Source of the DNA: Macrostomum lignano
Taxonomy: Eukaryota
Direction: 5' to 3'
Length of the DNA: 49,458 nt
Assembly (NCBI GenBank): GCA_002269645.1
Contig: NIVC01004344.1
Coordinates: 1 to 49,458 of the forward strand
The position numbers and the translations under genes are program-made. This document shows, piece after piece, positions 11,196-21,729 of this stretch; position 1 is the stretch's first letter; every line of letters begins with the position of its first letter. Under the pieces are notes generated by a model. It saw only the letters and a list, made by a program, of their open reading frames with translations, did not search any database and had not been told where the DNA came from.

Positions 11196-11614
11196 TCAGC
11201 CATTAGGGGTCATGGACAAATATTTATTCAAAAAGGAACTAGCTTTACTTTTATCCTTCCAAATAAAAAATTTGTCATTTGCCTTTTATACCGCAGTTGG
11301 TTGAAATCTGCTACAGATTATTCACGGTCTGGAAACAACTCGACTGAAGAAAAAATCATACGAAAAATATTTTAACAAAGTAAAACAAAAGTAAGCAGAT
11401 CGTACATTTAGATGCAAAAGTACTCCAAAACGCAAAAAAGAACATTGTGATATGTGTTAGACAACTTTAAACTTTAAATAAACATAATAACTCAGTAAAC
11501 TTACAAACTACATTAAAATATACTGACTTGCATTATATTTTGACTAAGTTCGAGTGAACAGTTGCCTTCAAATAGATTCATTAAGGCAGACTTAGTCCAA
11601 ATCGCAGTCGAAGA

Positions 11615-12934
11615 TCAGGCATGCCACTGCTGAAAGCAAGCTTCCAAGCAGAGCCCCGGTTCCCCTGGACACTCAGGGCAGCAGTAGATCGTGCGCTTGC
11701 TGCTTCCAGCTCTGTAGCAGACACGACAGCGCTTTGTTGGTCTTGGCTGACTGTCCCGCGCCACAATCTTCGTTGGAAAGTGCGGACTGACTGGGCCACC
11801 TGGAGCGGCCTGGATGCCAGCGGCCGGGCGCTTCCTGCTCGTTCCGGTACGCTCCACCAGCTCCCGAATGCTGGCCTCAAGAAACTTGGCGAACGTCTTC
11901 TCTCCACCGCACCGGCTGTACACAATCCAAGCGTTGCGAATCATTTGAAGAAAAAGATGCAAGCCGAGCTTCAAAAACCACTTTGTAGTTTTCCTCCCTG
12001 GCAGATGAGGCTGTAGATGACTGTCCATTCTGTCAACACCACCCATGCACCGATTGTAGGTGAGAACTGACCTGCTCTTCTGCACCACTGTTTCTGCTCC
12101 TCCACGAACCACGCGTCTGGTTTGAACCCTCTCAGCCGCCTCTTTCGTGTCCAGCAAATACAGAGTCTTCAGGCCACTCTCCTTTCGTTCAACGATCTTG
12201 ACAGCCAGCACCCCGTCTTTGCGCATGAAGGCGACGTCGTTAGGTGGAACGTGCAGCTGTCTGAGCTCAATCGGCACACCTCGGTCGGCCCGGACGGTAC
12301 AAGTCTCTTTCAAAGCCTGCAGCAACGGACGGATCTTAAAGAGAGGATCGTTGACAATCGGATCCTCAGCGCAATCGTAGAAACGGAGCAGACCAAGTAG
12401 CTGCTTGAAGCGGTCCCTAGAGAGAGCTTGAGGTGCTTGAAAGTACGGCGTACTGTAGTAACTGTCTGTGCTCCAGTACTCGTTCATTTCGGCCTTTTTA
12501 TTGGAACCCATGTAAAGGCACATTCCTAACACTTCTTTACTTCATTCGCACTGCAATCTCTCCATTGCGCAAAACTCCGAGGCAGGTCGTCGACATTGAC
12601 AGAGTGGATCGCCGCCCAGGCTCTTCGATTAGTCCATTTTGCCAGTTCTTCGAAAAGGCTATTGGACAAAAAAAGACCGAGAAAAAAGGACGTTGCCTGC
12701 TCAACATCACCAGGTACGCAAATTCCTGGATTCAATCCCTAGAAATTCGTGCACATTCGCTTGCACGTCATGCCCAGCAACTACAGAATGCCAAGACAGC
12801 TCTTCCGTCTCTTCGGCAGTGCTCTGGCCGTCCGACTCACCATAATCGTCCTCTGACATGATGTCTTCTTCTTCATCGGACGTCATTAAGTCCGAATCGG
12901 AAAAACTTTCAAATTCTTCCATGAGTGCAGCCAT
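11615..12934 (-). pseudogene. piggyBac (PGBD4-like) transposase remnant with two compensating 1-bp frameshifts and an in-frame core deletion
   Basis: Acidic N-terminus. Motifs YWST, SRDRFKQL, DPLFKIRPL, TVRADRG.P, YNRCMGGVDRMD and a C-terminal Cys-rich domain RCRVC...YCCPEC..LCLEACFQQWH. The DE- and DN-containing segment expected between KIRPL and TVR is absent. Frameshifts at ~12738 (CCC) and ~12528 (AA). Confidence 0.88.
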
Positions 12935-13481
12935 AATCTTCAGCTGTAAAATTTTCTATGTAAGTTTATGGAGACTTAGTTTTGGGCCTTATTCATAGTC
13001 AATGTCTTTTTATCAGACTGGAATGACCACAGACTTAGCAAACCATTCTGCTGAAAGGAATAGTCTATGGTAAGCGCTGCTTACCATCCGACCGGAACGG
13101 AGATGAATAAAATCCTCTTCAGTTCGGAAGAGGTTAATGCTTCATCAATGAAACGAAATATTAATCTACTCGTAGCTACATCAAATTATCCGATCCACAG
13201 ACAAATTTTAAGTAGGACTGGCACAAATAGTGTCATGCAATGGAGGGCCAATGAACAAATTTTTGTGAGAACTTGACTCTATTTGGCGCATGCAATCGTG
13301 CTCCAGGTTGTGAGGCCACTTAAAAATCCCTTCTAAATACAATATGAACTTTTGACTGTGGGTCGTTCCGATAAATATGATAATATTTTTTGAATATTTT
13401 GATTGATTAATTCAAAGTATGCTTTACAGTTTTAGCACTTCTACTTGAGGAAAGCTAAACGCACGAAGCGAGAGCTTGGGA

Positions 13482-16130
13482 TCATTTCTGCTTCCAGCCG
13501 TGCTGCATCATATCGGCAGCTGACCAGCCTCGGAGCATGGCTGCCGAGTCCTGCCGAGATTCAGAGCTACCACCGCACCAGGACTCTGCTGGCTTTGTCG
13601 ACCCATGCATCACTGCCAGCATAGCGCACCGCTCTAGAGACAGCGGGTACATCGGCTGCTTGAGTGCCGCTTCTAGAAACGCCGCCAACGGTTCCAAGTG
13701 AGTCGAACGGCCGCGGAAATTTGTGTGCAGATCTTCAACCAGGTGAATAATCGCGTCAGGCTCTGGCAGGTGTGACGGGCTCATTTTGTGTAGACTGGCT
13801 GAAATTGAAGTCGATTACTCACTGTGTTACGGAGATAATTAGTCTTGGACCCCCCTGTCTTGGACTCCTGAGCAAACACAAGCACACGTACAGTATCCAC
13901 GAACGTGCATGTACACAAGCTCATTTCTCATCCTCAGGCATTTAGGTCGTACGTACTCGGTGCATTGAGGGGGATTGGCCCTCATCCACATTAACCGAAC
14001 GACAAGCAAAAACTTACTTCTGGTATCGGTCGGCAACGAGTTGTATTGGTAAATCACCGGGTGCAGAAAGTTGCACTCGTACGCATCTTCTGGTAAGCAG
14101 CTGGCTCGCTCCTCGTGAAACACGTCGAGCGCTGGGCCGGAGAAGTTCTTGCCGTACTCAAAAGCGAAAACGAATAGCAGGCTGTCTCGGCCCACTGGGT
14201 GGCCACTGGCCGACGGCAGGCTTGGTAACAGCCGCAGGGGGAACTCCTCGAGTAATGTAAAGCTTGAGGCGGCTCTGCTCGGTGTTTATAAGAGAAGTTG
14301 CGTTTACGCTCGTATGTAGAGGCTTTTAAAACTGTCGAAGGTCTGAATTTTGGTTTACTAAATTTTCCTAGTATGATTGGCTACAGTGCTCTCAGGGTTC
14401 TGAGAACCTTGGCTACAATGGTTTCTAGTCTGACATGGCTTCTAGGAAAGCGAAAATGTCTTTTTATGGTGTCAAGGTTTCTGTGGAATGCCAAGGTCTC
14501 TCTCTGACTGGGTGCCAAGGTCTGACATCTTAAGGTCTCAAACGGGATCCCTATAGGTTTCTACGAGTAGCTACCGACGGGGGGCAAGGTCAAAATGAAT
14601 ACAAAAGTTCTTTTAGAATGCTGGTGACCCAAAGTGTGCTTATCCCTTTCTTAATTTCTATTCAAATTCCTCGAGGTTTTGATTTTTAACGAAACTACGC
14701 TCGCAAACATGCGCAAATTTATGTCAATCCCGGACGCACCTATCGACAATAAACACATCGCCAAGATTCTGGAACATCTGGTAGTTGCCGGAGCCTTCGT
14801 TGATTCGACGTACCATGGTGTCAATCAGGCCAGTCAACGGCTGCTTCAGCGAAGGCCAAGGCCTGTCATGTCGCTTCGCATCCAAGTGTCGCTGCAATGC
14901 TCTCACGGTGTACCGGAAGCCGTGGATGAATCCACCGGCAGCTTTGCGATAGTCAAGGCTGTGCGTCAAAGTGCCAGCGAAGTACAGTCCAGGAATGTCG
15001 GTGGACTCGTAGCTTGGCGTTATCTTCGGATATTTGCCATTTCTCACCGTAGTAACGTTTGGCAACCATGACCGATCGAATTCGAATCCGTTTGCTCGAA
15101 TAACTACGTCATAATTAAAGTTAACAATGCCTTCGCCTTCCAACTCAACTGAGAATGAAGAGTTTTTGTTGCCGATTTTTGACAAAAGTTTTGTCTCAAA
15201 CAGTCCACGAGTATTTTCTTCAAATAGAGTTTGGTCCAAATCATTTTCTAAATCCTTGGGACCGACAGCCAGACTGCCATCGGGTCTACGCAAAACGAAC
15301 AAATCATTGGCGTCGTACTCTAGAAGACCATCAATTGACTTCAGCTGATAAGTGTCCAGCAGTTCGTTATTGACAGCTCGAACGTCGCCAACGTAATGCG
15401 TACTCCAGGCGAGTCTGACCCTGTTCCTTGACATCAGGTGGATGAGCTTGGTGCGGCCGTAGATGTGAGCAGCCGTCTCAAAGGCGGTGTTTCCTTTGCC
15501 AATAATTAGTACTCGCTTATTTTCGTAGTAGGCTGGATTTAGAGACATGTCATCATACGATGAGGTGTGCTCCAGTCCGGTAATGTTGAGGGATTTCATC
15601 TTAAACAAGCCTGTAGCTACAATCACAACTTGACAGTGATATTGACCTTGGCTCGTCTCTAGACTGAATCGATACTCTGAGCTCTCTGTCAGCCGATGCA
15701 AACCCGTGACTTCCGTCTTGAAGTGAACATTCAAATTGAATCGCTCTTTGAAGTCTTTCAGGTAAAGCAGCAGGTCTTGTCGTTTTGGGAACATTTTTAT
15801 CGAGTAATAGCGCATCTGCATCTGCTCATCGTTTGACAGCAGACTGTTCCAATCGTGTCGCAGTGAATACTCCGTGTTTCTCGAGTCCGTGCGCCTTTTG
15901 TTGATGCTGATAAGCGTGTCGTGACGCGGATAGGTCTCGAAAAATGCTCCGGGCCTGTCGCCGCGTTCAATGATTGCGTAATTGTGCTCGGCTGCCCGGA
16001 GGAAGTAGCCGAGCTGCAGACCGGCAGGCCCAGCGCCAATGACGCAATACTCATGCTTTCGCAGCGATTGCGACGCCGCTAAGACTATGAACACGGCGCT
16101 TACTAACAGAATTTGCTCCACCAGCTGCAT
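13482..16130 (-). CDS. FOXRED2: FAD-dependent oxidoreductase domain-containing protein 2 (ERFAD); complement join(16130..14740,14274..14018,13798..13482), 654 aa
   Basis: Signal peptide. YCVIGAGPAGLQ, YPRHDTLISINKR, LRHDWNSLLS, WSTHYVGDVRAVNNELLDTYQLKS, DYRKAAGGFIHGFRYTVRA, EYGKNFSGP, NFLHPVIY and HLVED match FOXRED2 as I recall it. GT-AG introns with compatible phases 2 and 1 give 1965 nt in frame. Confidence 0.95.
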
Positions 16131-16563
16131 TATAGCTCAGTCGCTAGTGAAAAGTCTACAAGTGATTCGGAATCAACAATATCTCCATGCATTAAATACA
16201 TTTATGCATGGAAATCTTGCACGTTATCTTGACTGCTAATAGCACAGATAAGACTGCCAAGCTCACTGAGCTATAGAGTGGGAGAGGGTTCGTGTAAACT
16301 CTGTCAGCTGTTCAGCTTCTGCAGTCTGTCTTTGAGTGGCTCCAATTAGAAGCCTCAGCTTGCACTTGCGCGCGTAGATATGCGAATTTTTAGTTGCGGA
16401 AAACATGTAGTTTGTTTAAGCTTTTATTAGAAACTGTAACAGCGAATTTTGAAGCTCTTGAATGATAGATTTAGAAGCTGTAAAACGAGTATTTTTAGAA
16501 CTATCACACGGGACTGTTAGGATGGATTATCTTAACTGCCTACGAGTGGCTGTGATGTGGCTG

Positions 16564-16571
16564 TGACGTCA
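16564..16571. promoter_or_regulatory. CRE/ATF palindrome TGACGTCA in the divergent intergenic region
   Basis: Exact 8-bp consensus 434 bp upstream of the FOXRED2 ATG. A single match, function not shown. Confidence 0.2.
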
Positions 16572-17867
16572 TGGCTGGAATCCTATTTCTTTGCTTGGCG
16601 TTACCCATTTAAGGCCGACTCAAGTAACATGGGTTTTTACCCTTAACTTTAATTTATTCTCATTATCAACTCTAAGAGCTCTATATTTTAAATTCTTGAA
16701 ATTGCCAATAGACTATTCGACTATGTAAATTTTCGAGCTTTTGAGAGGCCGCATTTCGATCGTTGTCTTTTTTCGGTAATGATCGGACTGTGACCTAAAA
16801 AAAACTAATTGATCAAAATGACAGACTAAAAGCACTTGGGAAAGAGTAAAAACAGAACTCAAATAACTTTTACTCACGAAATAATTAAATCCAGACGGGA
16901 AAAATTTCCTTTCGCTTCTCAAAGCTAAATAGCTCGTAGTTCAGTAGTTTCTCGACTCTGAAGTGTACAAATAATCGTTGGCTATTAAGTAGCAAAAATG
17001 GCTGGAAATTTTAAGTATTTAGAGAAGAAGGAAAGTGAATTCGTTAATTAAAAATGGCTACAAATTCACTTACACAATCTGGGTACACCCACATTGCTTT
17101 AGACTGTCGGTTGTGAACAGCAAAAGACAACTTTTTGTGGTTAAAAAAATTCCAATCGTTTGTGCAATTCTTTCCACTCTACAGCTGGATACATTGGGCT
17201 ATCGGATGCAAGAACAAAATGAGATGCTTCAGGATTGCTGAGATACCAACACTCAAGAGGCAAGGCTGAGATGTCAAGTTAGTCAGAAAATTTTCAATAC
17301 TTCCTTTAATAGAAAAAGGTTTGTAAGAATTGTTTATGTGATAAAAAACAGAATTTTTTTCCTATCTGCACTTGCTATTGTATTTCAAAGATGCCATTAA
17401 TTAAAATACAATTGTCTCACAAGCGAATACGAAGGTAGTAGTCCATGAGAAAAGCCTCTAAACAGAGATTTTTTCGACTTGCAAAGCATTCTTTGCACTC
17501 ACGAGCCACTTTGAATCGTAATAACCTACTTAAACGGTTCAAACAATTGTTTCAAATGCTTTTCTTATTTGACTATTGAGAGCTAACAGTGTGCAGGGTA
17601 TTGGAGGCCGGTTTATAGTTGCTTTGGAAACTGGAGTGTACTATTGCCTCTTCAAAATTTAAATACCATACAGTATGCATTACTTCAGACAGTCAATCGT
17701 ACCTGTCTACTTCATCCATATCGCGATGCAACATAAAAATTAGAATTGAGAACACATGAGTCTCTATTCGATCAGCTACAGTGTCTATCCGCATTCGCGC
17801 TTTTCCCTATAGTGTGATCACTGCTGCAATGATAACCATTGGCTGGAGTTTATAATAGGCTTGCAGA

Positions 17868-18111
17868 ATGCATGTATATTATGTTGTCGCCGCGGGTTCA
17901 ATTGTCTTACTGTTGAATTCAATGTCAGCCACCTGTGGTCTGGACTTCAAGCTGGCAGTTGTGATTGAGCAGAATGCAGTGAGCAGCTCCCTCATTGATC
18001 TGGCTGTGAGCAGACGGGTGAACTCGAACTGGAGACTGTTGCCAGGCCACTCAATGTCGCATGAGATCGTGCAGGTGCCCACGGATGGAGCTCAGCAGGC
18101 TGCTAAAGAAG
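17868..18111 (+). CDS. First coding exon of an iGluR/ANF-receptor-type gene (signal peptide plus start of amino-terminal domain)
   Basis: MHVYYVVAAGSIVLLLNSMSATCG signal-like sequence, then FKLAVVIEQ. Phase-1 donor GAAG|GTTAGT. Linkage to the downstream exons is inferred. Confidence 0.6.
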
Positions 18112-18309
18112 GTTAGTAACTTTTCGGGCTTTGGGTGCTTTTGTTGTCTGCAACTTGTTAAACGCGAATAATTTTAGCCACAGCTGCAAAATGAGGGGTT
18201 TTATGGCCTTGTAAAGATAATTGTGGCTATCTGACTCTTCTGATTTCATTTTCTAGACGCTCTTCGTTGATTTTTTATGGTTAGATATACACTCAATACA
18301 AACTCAACA

Positions 18310-20539
18310 CACCAAGGGGCTTTAGCACCAAGGGGCTTTAGCACCAAGGGGCTTTAGCACCAAGGGGCTTTAGCACCAAGGGGCTTTAGCACCAAGGGGC
18401 TTTAGCACCAAGGGGCTTTAGCACCAAGGGGCTTTAGCACCAAGGGGCTTTAGCACCAAGGGGCTTTAGCACCAAGGGGCTTTAGCACCAAGGGGCTTTA
18501 GCACCAAGGGGCTTTAGCACCAAGGGGCTTTAGCACCAAGGGGCTTTAGCACCAAGGGGCTTTAGCACCAAGGGGCTTTAGCACCAAGGGGCTTTAGCAC
18601 CAAGGGGCTTTAGCACCAAGGGGCTTTAGCACCAAGGGGCTTTAGCACCAAGGGGCTTTAGCACCAAGGGGCTTTAGCACCAAGGGGCTTTAGCACCAAG
18701 GGGCTTTAGCACCAAGGGGCTTTAGCACCAAGGGGCTTTAGCACCAAGGGGCTTTAGCACCAAGGGGCTTTAGCACCAAGGGGCTTTAGCACCAAGGGGC
18801 TTTAGCACCAAGGGGCTTTAGCACCAAGGGGCTTTAGCACCAAGGGGCTTTAGCACCAAGGGGCTTTAGCACCAAGGGGCTTTAGCACCAAGGGGCTTTA
18901 GCACCAAGGGGCTTTAGCACCAAGGGGCTTTAGCACCAAGGGGCTTTAGCACCAAGGGGCTTTAGCACCAAGGGGCTTTAGCACCAAGGGGCTTTAGCAC
19001 CAAGGGGCTTTAGCACCAAGGGGCTTTAGCACCAAGGGGCTTTAGCACCAAGGGGCGCCAGCACCAAGGGGCGCCAGCACCAAGGGCGCCAGCACCAAGG
19101 GGCTTTAGCACCAAGGGGCTTTAGCACCAAGGGGCTTTAGCACCAAGGGGCTTTAGCACCAAGGGGCTTTAGCACCAAGGGGCTTTAGCACCAAGGGGCT
19201 TTAGCACCAAGGGGCTTTAGCACCAAGGGGCTTTAGCACCAAGGGGCTTTAGCACCAAGGGGCTTTAGCACCAAGGGGCTTTAGCACCAAGGGGCTTTAG
19301 CACCAAGGGGCTTTAGCACCAAGGGGCTTTAGCACCAAGGGGCTTTAGCACCAAGGGGCTTTAGCACCAAGGGGCTTTAGCACCAAGGGGCTTTAGCACC
19401 AAGGGGCTTTAGCACCAAGGGGCTTTAGCACCAAGGGGCTTTAGCACCAAGGGGCTTTAGCACCAAGGGGCTTTAGCACCAAGGGGCTTTAGCACCAAGG
19501 GGCTTTAGCACCAAGGGGCTTTAGCACCAAGGGGCTTTAGCACCAAGGGGCTTTAGCACCAAGGGGCTTTAGCACCAAGGGGCTTTAGCACCAAGGGGCT
19601 TTAGCACCAAGGGGCTTTAGCACCAAGGGGCTTTAGCACCAAGGGGCTTTAGCACCAAGGGGCTTTAGCACCAAGGGGCTTTAGCACCAAGGGGCTTTAG
19701 CACCAAGGGGCTTTAGCACCAAGGGGCTTTAGCACCAGCACCAAGGGGCTTTAGCACCAAGGGGCTTTAGCACCAAGGGGCTTTAGCACCAAGGGGCGCC
19801 AGCACCAAGGGGCTTTAGCACCAAGGGGCTTTAGCACCAAGGGGCTTTAGCACCAAGGGGCTTTAGCACCAAGGGGCTTTAGCACCAAGGGGCTTTAGCA
19901 CCAAGGGGCTTTAGCACCAAGGGGCTTTAGCACCAAGGGGCTTTAGCACCAAGGGGCTTTAGCACCAAGGGCGCCAGCACCAAGGGGCTTTAGCACCAAG
20001 GGGCTTTAGCACCAAGGGGCTTTAGCACCAAGGGGCTTTAGCACCAAGGGGCGCCAGCACCAAGGGGCGCCAGCACCAAGGGGCTTTAGCACCAAGGGGC
20101 TTTAGCACCAAGGGGCTTTAGCACCAAGGGGCTTTAGCACCAAGGGGCTTTAGCACCAAGGGGCTTTAGCACCAAGGGGCTTTAGCACCAAGGGGCTTTA
20201 GCACCAAGGGGCTTTAGCACCAAGGGGCTTTAGCACCAAGGGGCTTTAGCACCAAGGGGCTTTAGCACCAAGGGGCTTTAGCACCAAGGGGCTTTAGCAC
20301 CAAGGGGCTTTAGCACCAAGGGGCTTTAGCACCAAGGGGCTTTAGCACCAAGGGGCTTTAGCACCAAGGGGCTTTAGCACCAAGGGGCTTTAGCACCAAG
20401 GGGCGCCAGCACCAAGGGGCTTTAGCACCAAGGGGCTTTAGCACCAAGGGGCTTTAGCACCAAGGGGCGCCAGCACCAAGGGGCGCCAGCACCAAGGGGC
20501 GCCAGCACCAAGGGGCGCCAGCACCAAGGGGCGCCAGCA
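18310..20539. repeat. 16-bp minisatellite (CACCAAGGGGCTTTAG)n, ~139 copies, with GCC-for-TTT variant units
   Basis: Nearly homogeneous array. Variant CACCAAGGGGCGCCAG occurs near 19030-19085, 19790, 19965, 20045-20070 and 20400, and makes up the last five units. Confidence 0.98.
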
Positions 20540-20648
20540 TTTGAGGCTGTTGGCTTCCACGAAGCAGCTTCGTTGATGGAGGCAGCTCGTTCTATAATGG
20601 AATCTATTGAAGCAAAGAAAGTCGCAATTTTTTATGACGACAAAAACG
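20538..20648 (+). CDS. Internal exon of the iGluR/ANF-type gene (not in the ORF track)
   Basis: Open frame FEAVGFHEAASLMEAARSIMESIEAKKVAIFYDDKN(G), resembling the ATD 'W.KFAxLYD..G' motif. Strong phase-1 donor AACG|GTAAGC. The 5' boundary is uncertain because it abuts the minisatellite. Confidence 0.7.
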
Positions 20649-20692
20649 GTAAGCCACAACGTTTACACTTGCTTTACACTTGCGTATAGCAG

Positions 20693-21041
20693 GAGAAATG
20701 CTGAAGCTGCTGCAGACGCGACTCTCGAGCATCGGCATCAGCTCCGTCCCTTTCAACGCCGACCCCACACTCAGCGGAGATCTTCTCTCCGAGAGGCTCA
20801 GACGCCTCATGAAGAAGCGCCTGTACAACGCCATCGTCATGGCGACGCCTCGCAACGCGCAAAGCATTGCGGCAGCCGCTGCGAACGCCAGCGTCATGCA
20901 GCAGAACTACTTCTGGCTCGTGATTGACAGCGGCGGACTCAGCAAGTCCCATCTGACACCGTTGTGTCCCAACAACTGCAACCTGGCTCTGCTCAGAGGA
21001 GGCACAACTGGCGTCAATCGGCCATCGACTGTCCGCCTGCA
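20693..21041 (+). CDS. Internal exon of the iGluR/ANF-type amino-terminal domain; the gene continues beyond these exons
   Basis: 44-nt intron GTAAGC...TATAGCAG in phase. EMLKLLQ...RLMKKRLYNAIVMATPRNAQSIAAAAANASVMQQNYFWLVID parallels the GluA ATD. Donor is either CA|GTGAGA (21041) or CGG|GTGAGC (21083, different frame). Confidence 0.72.
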
Positions 21042-21105
21042 GTGAGAGACGTCTTTCCGAGCTGCGACACCGACAGCATTCGGGTGAGCGCCAGCTGCCG
21101 TGTCG

Positions 21106-21381
21106 TGCCCTGCCTTGCCCTGCCCTGCCCTGCCCTGCCCTGCCCTGCCCTGCCCTGCCCTGCCCTGCCCTGCCCTGCCCTGCCCTGCCCTGCCCTGCCC
21201 TGCCCTGCCCTGCCCTGCCCTGCCCTGCCCTGCCTGCCCTGCCCTCCCTGCCCTGCCCTGCCCTGCCCTGCCCTGCCCTGCCCTGCCCTGCCCTGCCCTG
21301 CCCTGCCCTGCCCTGCCCTGCCCTGCCCTGCCCTGCCCTGCCCTGCCCTGCCCTGCCCTGCCCTGCCCTGCCCTGCCTTGC
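21106..21381. repeat. (TGCCC)n / (GGGCA)n pentanucleotide microsatellite, ~55 copies
   Basis: Nearly perfect 5-bp array just downstream of the donor site(s). Confidence 0.97.
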
Positions 21382-21729
21382 TCAATCACCAACACACTGA
21401 GAGCATCAAAGTTTTACATTCCAAAAAACTATCAGCAGATCTTTGATTGACTACGAGCGTAACATGAGTAATTCTCGAATTATAAATTTTTACTTCTGTC
21501 TCCTACTACTTATCAAGTGCGTTTAAGTAGTATTTACGCATGTTGAATTCTACGCTATTACCGCTAAGATAAAATAAGATAATCACTAGCAATCTTCGCC
21601 CCCCGTTGGGGGACATCTGTATAGAACCTCTGTTCTCTACAAGTAACAAAAAGATAGCCAAAAAAAGCCTTCGCAAAGAAAACAGACAAAATACTCAAAG
21701 GAAGTGCAATGCAAAAAGAAATCATTCCA

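Larger units (their letters stand above)
10979..13133 (-). mobile_element. piggyBac-family DNA transposon, internally deleted
   Basis: TTAA at 10975-10978 and 13134-13137, each followed inward by CC. ~38-bp subterminal inverted repeat 11086-11124 vs 13064-13100. Transposase remnant inside. Outer TIRs match poorly, so exact ends are less certain. Confidence 0.85.

Noticed and set aside
11581-16239. Antisense or overlapping ORFs over the transposase and FOXRED2 (for example 11621-12016, 12433-12861, 14679-15071)
   Set aside because: Shadow frames of GC-richer coding DNA with no independent features.
20907-21450. GQGRA / PCPAL repeat ORFs
   Set aside because: Translations of the (TGCCC)n microsatellite.
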